Below are positions 25,591 through 37,044 of a stretch of 64,000 nt of DNA, piece by piece (position 1 is the stretch's first letter; every line of letters begins with the position of its first letter). The translations under genes and the position numbers were made by a program. Origin of the DNA: Patellaria atrata CBS 101060 (Eukaryota); the NCBI GenBank assembly GCA_010093705.1, contig MU006098.1, forward strand, positions 758,666-822,665. The letters are read 5' to 3'. Below the pieces are notes generated by a model. The model worked only from the letters and a program-made list of their open reading frames with translations, was not told the origin of the DNA and searched no databases.

Positions 25591-28256
25591 TTAAGGACCA
25601 TAGTAATGGAATCCACCCTGTACAAGTTTATTTTTCAGCTTAGGACCAAGAGAAATGTACTCAAAATTCTTCGGCAATGTCACACCAGCTCTGAAGACAG
25701 TATCAGTAACAGTTATATGGAAGGACACGGTAGCGAAGCATTTTTAGAAGGAGAACTCACTTGATATAATCCATTTTCATATTCCTCGCCTTGTCCTTGA
25801 GATCCACTTGGCTGCGACGGCTTAATTTGGATTCATGATCTTCTTCTCCTGAGTCATCAAGCTCATCGTCCGTAGATTTGATCAACGCCCAACTACATCC
25901 GAGTTCCTCAATGTACTTCATCAAAGCATCTACTTCTTCATCAGTCCATCGCTGTCTCCCTTTTGGTTGCATTGGGTCGTTTCGTACAAGTGGTTGGGAT
26001 GCGACGCGAGCTTTTGCTATTTGGTTTACACTTCGATAGCCATTCGCCTCTTGAATCGGCTGGATCCTTGGCGAGATAATTACAGCGCTGAGTTCTCTTC
26101 GCTTTCGGTTCGGTGACGATTCAGGGCGTGGCGTAGAGGGGACCCGTCGGCGAGGAACAGGTGCATCTTTTCGACGAGCATTGTGATTAGTGACTGTAGT
26201 ATCCTCTTGGAACCCTTCATCTTCCGACACGTCATCCTCATCCTCGTCCTCGCGTCTTCTTTTTCCACTTGGTTCACTACTAATTTGGACAACTTTTGGA
26301 TTAGCTTCAATCTCTTCTTGGGTGGAAGCCTCGCTCCAATCCACTCGCTGCGCATTAGCTTGTCGGTCTATAAAAGAACGATTTTGCGGATTTCGAACTT
26401 TCCCAGCGCGGTTCTCCTTATTTTCTTTACCCATCTGACGAATCCGAGACAAACGCTCCTGTGCCGTGGACTGAACCAGATCTAGTTCAAGTTCTTCTAT
26501 TTCCTCGGGTGGATAAGAGATAATAGCATCTTCAATATCATCTTCCACCAATAGTATGTAATCATCGAGAGGGGCATCTAAGTCTTTACCTTCCCCAGGG
26601 TTCTCCTGTGTTATTTCAGAAGGCCGAGCGAATTGTCCAGAGTTACGGGTCCGCTCCTTTAGTTGTTGCATTAGATCCTTGTTGAAGCTGAAAGTTGTTA
26701 AAATAAATGTTGGATTTAGTCATAAGACGACTTACAATTTCGGAGCATTATCAGAGCGCTTTCCACCTTGTCTGGTTGGGGTAACCTTGATGTCACTGGT
26801 GAACGACGACCTCGCGCTCCCCATTTGACTAAGCTTAGTCTCCAGTTCATCTGCTATAATCTCAATGCCCCCCTTATCTTTGATCGCATTGGTTAATTCA
26901 TGGTTGCGTTCTCGTACCCACTCAAGTACGCTATAGGAAAAGTCCTCCCATGAGAACTCCTCCGAGAGGGATTCTAGACTGGTTTGAGCATCTTCGCCAT
27001 CCATGAAATGTCCTCGAATAAAATCTATACGCTGCATGATCTGCTGTCTAAATGAGTTTGAAAGTTCATCGTCCTCATCTTCACCTGGTGTGCTTTGTAA
27101 ACCACGAAGTTTACCATTCTGAAAGCTGTCTTGATACTCTGAGAGGCCGTCTGTCTTTTCAGCTGGCGGCATAAAGAACATTCGAGCAATGTGATCATCT
27201 GGATTGAAATTGGAACTCTGTTGGTGCTTGGATAACAACTGAACAGTAACTTGCGTTAATATGTCCAATGCAACCGAAAAGGTCAGGTCTCGAAGTGTAC
27301 TACTTCCTGTATAGCTCTTCGAGTCTGGTTCGGAGAACGACGTCAAAAAGTACTCGGGGAAGCCAGTGTGCAAGTCACTCAATGCGGAAGCCCTCGATTG
27401 ACGACTAGTATGGCTATTCAGTATCCTTAGAGCAATAGATGCTAAATTTGCTTTATAGAAGATTTCATCTGGTCTCCAAGGTCCATCATTAAGTGTTGTA
27501 AGGGAGTTTATACGGAACAACGCTCGGAGAAGTCGGTCGCGGTTAACGTACTCAAGACCGCCCAAAAAAATTTCCAAAGTTTGCTGAAAAGCAAGGGAGC
27601 GGCGCGAGATAGTCTTGTTCCATTTTGAGCCCGGAGTACGAATATCATTCAGGCGGTGCCTCAAATCGCCAGTCTCAGGAACAACGAGTTCGAGGACGCG
27701 ATTCGCACCGGAGAGAAGCTCGCGAAGAATATCTGGGATAAGATCCGGATCAATTAGTTCGGTATACTGGGCCGTGGATGAGATAGCGGTTGTTCCCGAT
27801 ATATTCGAAATTCGATGTGACGTGTGAAGGTTCTCTTTATTCCTTTGCTTAATGGGCATTGGTTCAGAAGCAGCTGCTTGTACTGTGATGGAACCGGCTG
27901 GTTGCGACAAAGGGTTCTCTTCAAGAGTGGATAACTCTGCTGTATCTAAGTGTTAGTACCCGATAGGATAGGGTCATCAACGGAATAAGCGAGCATTGAT
28001 TAATACCTCCGCTGGTTGCCTTTTTCCCTAGCCGTCGCGGAGGTCTGGCTGATCCATTGCTTCGATTACTCTCGACGCTTCCTTGTCTTACACTTCTACG
28101 TGTCGCAACAATACTAAGCTCAGTTCTTTCTGGAAGGTCGCGACTTTGGCTTCTAGTTGTGCGAGACGTGACTGTCGGCGCAGGATTTGTATGCACCGTT
28201 ACTGATGAAGGTTGTGGAGTGCGGTTCGAGCGCCGTGTTGAGCGTGGTTTTAGCAT
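25591..28256 (-). CDS. Single C-terminal Myb/telobox protein (TRF/Taz1/Tbf1-type telomere-repeat binding factor)
   Basis: C-terminal GRQRWTDEEVDAL...CSWALIK...RSQVDLKDKARNMK resembles the telobox LKDKWRN consensus. Four exons; last exon AGVTLPKNFEYISL...GP* ends at 25591. Confidence 0.8.
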
Positions 28257-28388
28257 GACGCCAAACCAATGGAAGCTGACTGGCTAAGAGTTGTATAGCA
28301 ATGGACGTAGGAGCATTGAAGTTCTGGAGAAAAGAAGAAGAGAAGTTCCTGTGCTACGACTTGTTTTGATAGCAATGATACAGCATCG

Positions 28389-28410
28389 TTAGGGTTAGGG
28401 TTGGTTAGGG
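28389..28410 (+). promoter_or_regulatory. TTAGGG telomere-type repeats in a divergent promoter
   Basis: TTAGGG TTAGGG TTGG TTAGGG about 135 nt upstream of the telobox gene ATG; a further CCCTAA at 28703-28708. Confidence 0.55.
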
Positions 28411-28962
28411 CTACTATTAGCGGTGAAATAGCCCATGTCTCCGCGCGGTCCCGTGATCAGCCACGTGATCTTCCCCTTTAGGATTTCCCCTTGTCTGATC
28501 TGCCCTCGGATATTTCTACCTTGGAGGTATATTATCCTTATCGATTTCTAAGGTCTTAGAACCTCATATCGAGTGCTGGCTCTCCCCCGTTATTATTGTG
28601 AGAGTTTTGTGTACATTTATTAAAAAAGAAAAGTGTTTAAAATATTTTGTTAACGTTAGGTTGCCACGCAGCCTCATCATTGCGGTTAGCCCCAGGACCG
28701 AACCCTAAAACCGCAAGTTGACATTCGAGATGAAGTAGCCCCCATACCTCGTATTATTAACATTTTCCACCTCCTGGACCTTACGTATCTCTCCACAACT
28801 CTTACCTCTCACTTGACCAACTACTTCCGCTCTTTTTAATACCTTTCTACTATAATCCGTTCAGTGTAAAGGGATTTCACATCAGCTGAAACAAGCCGTC
28901 TAGCCGGGCAATCGTATTTCTTTTGCGCTCCACTTTAAGAGGCGTCATTCAGCACACGCACC

Positions 28963-30685
28963 ATGAAATTCAGGAGACGACACTCTCCGTTATTAATCCT
29001 ATTACTTTCTACTCTAGCTATATCGCGCGCTATTGATATTGAAGATGTAGCAGACAAGACTTCTTTACAACAAGTCGCTCGAGACGCCTACCCCCCAGTT
29101 GCTACCTTGCCTGCACTATCTACCACCACGAGATCTGATGTAGGGACGAAAGATGCTCCTGTAGATGGTCAAGATGGTAAACCCCACGCAGGGCCATGGG
29201 TTGACGGCTCCACAGAGAAGCCTACAAAATTAAGCCCTGCAGTTGAAGACTTGGGATCAGACTCTACAGAGAGGACAAAACCCATACCGCTTTCAGATTT
29301 TAATGAAATGGATCCAGATGAAGCTAAAGAAGCTCTTAGGGGCTCTCCTAACCCTGACGGGGTTATGGATGACCTGAACAGAGAAACACCAAGGAAAGGG
29401 ACTACTGGGACAGAGGGGGGAGTAAGTGAGAAGGAAAGGGAAAGAAAACAACAAGAGGAGGAGTCTGGCACAAAGATTGATAGAATTCCTGATCCCCCGA
29501 AGGAGGCGCCTCCACTACCCCTCAGTGAGCAGGAAAGAATAGGGCTTGATGATGAGGAAGATGAAGATGAGGAGAGGCCAAAAGGTGCTGTGGGGCTAGA
29601 GGTATTTGCAGACCACAGCGTCCAACCAAGATATATAACTTATGTGGTGCTAATATTCAAAACCATAGAAACCCGCAGATCTCCCTGATAAGACCCACGA
29701 TATCCCCCTACCAGTTCCCCCAACACTACCAAATGATGAGGAACAAGGGACTACTCCCAGTACACAAAAACCGACCTCTGATGAAGAAGATCCCTCGGGA
29801 GTTATCCAGCCGTTCCATTCCTTCGTACTCTCGTTAGCCATGATTCTATTTTCGGAAGTTGGTGACAAGACCTTCCTTGTAGCCGCCCTTATGGCTATGA
29901 GACATCCTCGTCTGGTGGTTTTCTCCGCTGCGTTCTCTGCTCTTATTGCCATGACAGTGCTCTCAGCCGTACTGGGACATGCAGTTCCAACACTTCTTCC
30001 AAAACGTCTTACTAACCTTGCAGCGGCCATTCTCTTCTTTGTCTTTGGAGCAAAGCTTCTACGCGAAGGTCTTGCAATGAGCCCTGATGAGGGCGTAGGT
30101 GCGGAAATGAAAGAGGTCGAAGAGGAACTTGAAGAGAAGGAGCACCTCGCGCGCAGAAACAGCAGAAGACGATCATCCATCTCCCCGTACGCCCTTGAGG
30201 CCGGAAGAGGTCGCAAGTCCAGATCACATAATACCGGTCTCTCTGCTCCGCGCAGTCCTTCGTCCTCCCCTTCACGATCACCTTCTCCGAATGGCAGTTC
30301 TGTCACCAATGCTATTAACGGTCTCAACAACCTCCTTTCTCTCTTGCTTAGTCCTGCTTGGGTCCAGACATTCATCATGACGTTTCTTGGGGAATGGGGT
30401 GACAGGAGCCAGATCGCTACTATAGCAATGGCGGCGGGTCAGGACTACTGGTGGGTGACCGGTGGTGCGATCAGTGGACACGCTGTTTGTACAGGTGTTG
30501 CTGTTCTAGGTGGACGTGCCATTGCAGGAAGAGTGAGCATGCGCATGGGTAAGCAGTTCCCCGCAGTCATATCTGTATAACTTTTTGATACGGCTACTAA
30601 TAGTAATATAGTTACTCTCGGAGGCGCAGGTGCTTTCCTAATCTTCGGTCTCATTTACCTAATTGAAACAATGTATTCCGAGTAG
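28963..30685 (+). CDS. GDT1: Gdt1/TMEM165 (UPF0016) Ca2+/Mn2+ transporter with signal peptide and long acidic luminal N-terminus
   Basis: Both family motifs, EVGDKT and EWGDRSQ, are present. Introns at about 29602-29668 and 30549-30611; stop at 30685. Confidence 0.93.
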
Positions 30686-32719
30686 ACGACTTATTTCCGC
30701 CACGCATGCGTTTCTAGGATATCTCCTTCGTATTAAAGACGGAAAGAAGCATAAAGAGCGTGTTCGCCTGTTTAGCGTCGCTAGATGTCTGTATCACTTT
30801 CATACTAATTCTCTGTACTATATTTCATCATCGAAAAACTAGGAGTCAATGGTATGATTACGGACCGAGCGAACATGTACCAGTATTTGGACGGAGTTCT
30901 CTGCTGAGCGGGAGGACGTGAAGAATCTCTCGAGATTGCGTTTATTTAAGTAGTGATGTTTAATACATGATGACAGATCTTTTTCTTGAATCGAACTTCG
31001 AAATAACACCTGCAACCTAACTGGAATCGCGTATTGAATATGGACGGGGCTATTCCCCTGATTGATGGTGACTTACTCATTCGGCACATCACGTGTAGCT
31101 CTAAAATTAACCTACCGTAATTTAAATTCTTCCTTTTTCCATCTCGCGACGCAAATTCCCACATTTCAAAATTCCCCCCCAAACACTTGAAAGACACTTG
31201 AAAGTTGAAGAAAAACGAAAAAGAAGAATAAAAATTCCATCGGCAACGTTGCGACTCAGAAACCCATGTTCTAGACCCCGGTGGCTCTCAGCCCTTAACG
31301 GTCTGACCCGCTTGCCCCTGAGCAAAAGCGAACACGCTTTTCCTAGGTCTGCTCTTTTGGGATGCTCAGCTGCGCCCATAAAGATAATGGAGTTTGCAGT
31401 TCGAGTCTTCGATAAGGAGTAGAAATGCAGTGTATGCTGATAAAATGGACTACAAATGAGGCTAATTCTAAGTTTACTGGACGGTACAATTGCGATCCAG
31501 ACAGAGAAACTACTTGGAGATTGGAGGAATTGTTCAAGATTTGAGAGTTCTGCACGAACTTGAGGTTCTGAGATGCTTGGGATGTGTTTAAAATCGGGTT
31601 ACGGTGAGTGTGATTTGTTACCAGTTTGGGACAGAAGCTCATGCATCGTGTTTTTGACAGGAGCTTATCTGCTTATGCTGTCTATTATATAAGCTTTAAG
31701 GATGAATATTGACGCAGTTTCAGAGACCAACAAGCGAGAATTGTGATTCCGAGTCAGCAAGCTTTAGTGCTCTGCTGATTCAAACACACATGGCACTATC
31801 ACAAGTAATGGAGCACTTGTGAAGTTTCATGAACGAGGTGAACCAAATTCTGATGTCCAAATAGCTGGATTCTCCACGATCTAGCCACGAGGCTCCCTCC
31901 TACTTGGAATCATGTTCGGGAGCTTATGGTTATCCCGGACCCTCTAAACGACAATCTTGCACGAGAACGTCCTAAGAGCATGTCGAACTCAACCGGCATC
32001 AAAGGTGAATGTGTGCATAGCGCCCGTTGCGCGAATCCCTCGATCCGATATAGGGTTCTTCAGAGGGTTGTGCACAGTGCACTTCTCTTTTCGGAAAGAC
32101 AAGTCCCAAAGCGGTAGTCCGGGCGCGAAAAGCCACATCAAAACAGTTGTTCGGTGCGATTCGGCTCGTCACGCTTTGTCTCAAGCTCCCAGCTCGTGCT
32201 TGTTTCAAATCTTTTCGGCTTTGAGTTTCTCGTCTTCTGATGCTTACCCTTCATGGCGTAATAGGTGCTCTTTGATAGGCAGCTTCGATAGAGAGGCTGT
32301 CTAATAAGGGGGGCATGATTGGTCAGTTCTTCTTTTGTTGCTCTACCGTATCTTAGCGCTTCGACACAAGAGCATTACTGAGGAAAATGTTGTCAAGGTC
32401 AGTACCGTAAGTCAGGTACCGAAGTACCACTATCTCCTCGATTTCAGTCTTCCATATCAATGAACGCACAGCATAGGGGTGAAGAAGGGGGATAGATATA
32501 TGGACACCTTCCCATCCTTGCTATCTAATTCCTCTCCCCTTCGCATTTTACTATCTCTTACTTTCTCTTCCTCTTCCCGGTATCTCGAGCATAGTTTTGC
32601 TCATCCACTCATTAGAAGGATATTGTCGATTGTACAATATCATACTGGCATAGTTCCAGTTCTTACACTCGTTCATTTCATTTTTACAATAATATCCATA
32701 CACCCTAATATATTTCACC

Positions 32720-33907
32720 ATGAAGTTCACCACCATCTCTTTACTTCTCCCTTCCCTCCTCCACTCCGCAGCAGCATGGCCACATATGTCCTCCGACTCC
32801 ACCCTCTCCCACATTCACCATAAACACCACCACGCCGACTTCCTCTCCGAGCTGAGCAAGCGAATCGCATCCCCCGAACCCCAACCCCAAAGCGGTAACG
32901 ACGGCGACGACAGTCCCGGGCCCCTAATTGGCGACCTCGTCAACGGCGCAACTACCCCCGTCGGCCGCTCCGTCACGAACATCCTCCAGGGGACTGAGTC
33001 CGCCGAATCCCACGAAGCAGGATACCGCCCGGCCCCCTTCATGAGCCGGGCCTGCCGCAAGGACACCTGCTGCATCTGGTCGCACATCTCGCGCGCCTTA
33101 ACCGCGTCATTCACGGGCCGCGGAGGCCGATGCAACAAATGGGCGCGTGCCGCCATCCGTCTCGGCTTCCACGACGCAGGGACATGGTCAAAGAGTCTCG
33201 CATCAAGGGGCCAGGACTTCGGAGGCGCAGACGGATCCATTGTCCTCAGTGGACAGGAAAAGGGGAGGCCGGAGAACAAAGGCCTCGAGGAGATCATCGA
33301 GATGGCGCGGCGCTGGCAGCGGATCTATGGGGTAGGCATGGGGGATCTGATACAATTTGCCGCCATCCACGCCGTGGTTACCTGTCCGCTCGGTCCACGA
33401 ATCCGCTTTTTCGCCGGTCGGAAAGATAGCTCGCGGCCCGCGCCCGATGGGCTGCTACCCGGTGTCTTCGCCTCGGCTGACAGTCTCATCAACCTGTTTG
33501 AAGATAAGACGATCAGTCCGCACGAGCTGGCCGCGTTATTAGGCGCACATAGCACGTCCAAGCAGTTCTTCATCGATCCACGGAAGAGCGGGGCCCCGCA
33601 GGATAGCACTCCCGGGGTGTGGGACACGCTGTTTTACAACCAGACCACCGCGGGAAAGACGCCGAGCCAGGTATTCAAGTTTCAGAGCGATGTGGTACTC
33701 GCCCAGGATCCGAGGATCAAGAGCGAGTGGGAGAGCTTTGCGGGCCAGGGGGGCCAGGAGCATTGGAATGAGGATTATGCGAGGGCATATACGAGACTCA
33801 GTCTCTTGGGGGTGAATAATATTAATGGCCTTACGGAGTGCTCGAAGGTGTTGCCGGCGGCGAAGAGGGGGTTTAGAGCGGGGCCGATGGATTTATTTGA
33901 TGATTGA
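32720..33907 (+). CDS. Secreted class II-like heme peroxidase
   Basis: Signal peptide, distal AIRLGFHDAG, GGADGSI, CPLGPRI, proximal ALLGAHS, DSTPGVWD. Intronless, 395 aa. Confidence 0.9.
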   Translation: MKFTTISLLLPSLLHSAAAWPHMSSDSTLSHIHHKHHHADFLSELSKRIASPEPQPQSGNDGDDSPGPLIGDLVNGATTPVGRSVTNILQGTESAESHEAGYRPAPFMSRACRKDTCCIWSHISRALTASFTGRGGRCNKWARAAIRLGFHDAGTWSKSLASRGQDFGGADGSIVLSGQEKGRPENKGLEEIIEMARRWQRIYGVGMGDLIQFAAIHAVVTCPLGPRIRFFAGRKDSSRPAPDGLLPGVFASADSLINLFEDKTISPHELAALLGAHSTSKQFFIDPRKSGAPQDSTPGVWDTLFYNQTTAGKTPSQVFKFQSDVVLAQDPRIKSEWESFAGQGGQEHWNEDYARAYTRLSLLGVNNINGLTECSKVLPAAKRGFRAGPMDLFDD

Positions 33908-34991
33908 GGTGGGATGTAGGTTGGATGGTCTGATGTAGATAGGAGCCCCTAGACTTTATGAAGCTGAAACCTTGGGTCACCTTGACCTAAGATAAAAAAG
34001 CTCACATCATTTGCGTGGCATGTCCCATAAATATGATCAGGTAGTTATAAGGATAATAAGATAGAGATAACCAGCTTTCTAAGGTAAGGTAAATTCGTTC
34101 ATTACTGATCCCGCTCGTGCCCATCTCTGATTTAGAGTTGACCCAATGGACTGGCTTATGAGACAACTTCTCTAAGGTATGAACGGTTAACAGTAAGGTA
34201 TTCTTGAATTGGAATATCCTGTCATAAGTGTTATCCGAACGGCCGGCCAGAGCTAACCGGTGAGACGTTTAGCCATTCGGCCCGCGGCAGAGTACCCGAC
34301 GAGCTGTTCGGCAAGAACTACAACCCGTTTCTTCCTCATCAATGAATACAGATATGCTGCTGTTTTGGAACATTTGTCGTCGTCGTACATATCACTTTTT
34401 ATACACATATAAAGTGAATGATAGGGTCACATTTATTCCCTCCAAGTCGTGCAAATAAGGAATTCGTAAACACGCAGATGTGCGAGTGATTCCGCCTTTT
34501 CTTCTGACTTGCGTAAAAGAGCCACCATTCCTAGTGATATACCCTCTGATCCTATGGATACTAATATCAAATGAAAATATTCTGTTGTCAGTAGATGACC
34601 TTAATTTAATTTGTTCATTCGCATGCTGTAATTAACGAGCAATGGGACAAGTGACTAGTATGAAAACCACCATCATGGAGGGAGTCCAGAATTGAGAAAG
34701 GATTTTTATTGTTTGATATAACTGGAGAGTTTAAGGGAAAACCACCCGCACTTGTTTTAGGCAATAGACTTCCATAGAACCGGGAATGAGTGTGCTTCCT
34801 GGCGGGAAAACGCATCTGATGTCGATCAACATCCTTCTTGTTTGTTTAATTCAATTACCCATTTTAATAGATAACGATTATACATACCATCAGTTTCATC
34901 AAGTACATAGAGATATCTCTAGGTAGAATGGATATGTGATTCCAGGTACCAAAACACCCTTACAACATTGCCGCATGAGTTTGATGATCCT

Positions 34992-35580
34992 TCACTCAAT
35001 TTTGAATCCATCGATAAATCTCTTCACGGATTCACCACGCATCTCCCTTTCGGCTCGTGCTCTAATCATCTCAGGGCCCTCAGTTATTGCAGACTCGTTG
35101 TCAGATCCGTTCGCGCCCGTTTCTTTTTCACATTCCAGTAGCGCGCGCATTGTATCCCTACTTCGACGTTCTTTCCTCAACTTTGGACGACGCAGTGACG
35201 CTTCGACCCAACGCGCAAAATCTTCATATGCGATATCCCAGTTGTGCTTTTGATTAAACCTATTGCATTCAGCCATGTGCTTCTTGACAAATCGGGAACA
35301 GCGTGGGGATCGTAGAGGTTCTCGATGAGTCTTGTTTCAATCGCTTTCAACTTGTCTTATTGTTCTTTCGTCACTTCTTTATAATCATGCACTCCATACA
35401 TGGGGTCCGTCTGATTTGGTCCCCATAGCTGTGTAGAAAGTTCTTCGTCCCCAAAACCCGCCTTATGAGCAAGAACCATCACTTTCCACATCTTCCTCAT
35501 AGACAGTTCATCGCTCGGTTTATTGGGCTCCGCATTGAATCTCGCATCGGGTCAATGGGTCCTCCATACCACTTGAGCTT
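34992..35580 (-). pseudogene. Probable decayed gene of unknown family
   Basis: Protein-like frame (MRKMWKVMVLAHKAGFGDEEL...KEQ*DKLKAIETRLIE) broken by a TAA at 35357-35359 and a frameshift into ORF 34992-35276. Confidence 0.35.
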
Positions 35581-36203
35581 TTTCTTGCTCTGATTGACTT
35601 TGGGTTGAGGTGCGATTTGAATGTAAACAATCAAAGGGTATGAAACAGTTGATGAAGAGTCCGAGCAAGAGAATGGTGATAATGACCTAGGGTGTGTTAT
35701 TTTGCAGTGACAATTTGACGGAAAGGTGGTAGCCTTTTGAGTTATATGAGGTGTTACGTAAAGCTTAGAATAGTCTAGTGACGAGCTCAAGTTTGGACAA
35801 GCACACGTTGGACATCTCGTGACTCACTGAGCTCCACAACATTCATTTAAACCAGACGACTGGATGTACTAAGTTAATTTCTAAGCAGCAATATCGAATA
35901 CTTTTCTTTGAAATATACCAGCAACGGAACAAATACATTTGCAAAAAAACAGCGACCGACTAAACCTCTTCCTTACGGCAATAACACGCTCTTCTAAGTC
36001 GACGATAGTGTAGACGAGTGCACCACTAATAAGACACAAAATGACATCTGCAGACCTGACGAAACGTTTCAACTGAATTGAACGGGACTTAATGAGAGGC
36101 TGCTTGTGGTTGCAAGCTGCCACCAAAACAATGATTCCAGGCTAAAAGGGAACAGAAGATGAAGAGTTAGATCTCATGTTCACGGTATATAATTATTGTA
36201 AGC

Positions 36204-37044
36204 ATGATAACCCTGAAGGTAGATCCATCACTAACCCAAAAGATAAACCGAAACTTCCATCTTGGATGAAACTATGCATAAGAGGATACAAGACTTTGCA
36301 GCCGAACTGGACCCTCCATTACAGTTTGAAGGTCCGGAAGACTTCAAAATTATCAAGCAGAGAATCCAAGCCCTGTAGGAACAAAATGCTCGTATCTGTA
36401 TCCCAGCCGCTGGAGCAACGCCTACCACCATCGGATCAGCCCATCCCACACTCGCTGGTGAGATAACTGCCACTCTCGTACTCCCTGGCGGCGAGATAGT
36501 ATCTACCCCTCTCAAGAGAAAGAGAGTACCAGAGGATACGGCCGAACAAAAAGAAACGGCGCCACTAATTCACATTGGGAGGACAATAGTTCCACCACTC
36601 TACGGCATCTTGTGCGTAAAGATATTGCAAAGGTTTATAGTATTACCTGGTTCTTACCCGGCGAAGCGCCCAAGCCCATACCTTCGGAAATGCGTCGAAC
36701 AATGGAAAAGGTTTCTCGACATGAGGTAAGGATGGTCGCGGTGGCAAAAGAGAAACGCTGTGACGATAGCGGTGACGCGTAAAATCGCTACAATGCTCAG
36801 GAAAGATGACCTGGAGGGGGCACAGGAAGCATTCGGACACCTTGCAGCGGCCCAGCGAAAGGGTCATCTGAACATAAGGAATGAGTGGCTCGTTTACCGA
36901 GACGACAAGGAGAGGTGGAACGCGGACTTCCCAAACAATACAATAAGCCTGCGCAATGAGGGAAGTGACAACGACCCGCTTCTTTCTGGCTGTGATCTTG
37001 GGGAAGATCTCGAAATTCCCGATATCTACAAAGTTCAACGCTAA
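36204..37044 (+). pseudogene. Probable decayed gene of unknown family
   Basis: Frame ...MHKRIQDFAAELDPPLQF...RIQAL*EQNARI...PLKRKRVPED has an internal TAG at about 36375; downstream fragment in ORF 36760-37044. Confidence 0.3.

Noticed and set aside
28389..28410. Chromosome end or telomere fusion relic
   Set aside because: Only three repeat units inside a short promoter between conserved genes.
34235..34311. tRNA or other ncRNA in a GC-rich stem (CCGAACGGC...GCTGTTCGG)
   Set aside because: No cloverleaf or A/B box pattern recognisable; the single stem could be chance.
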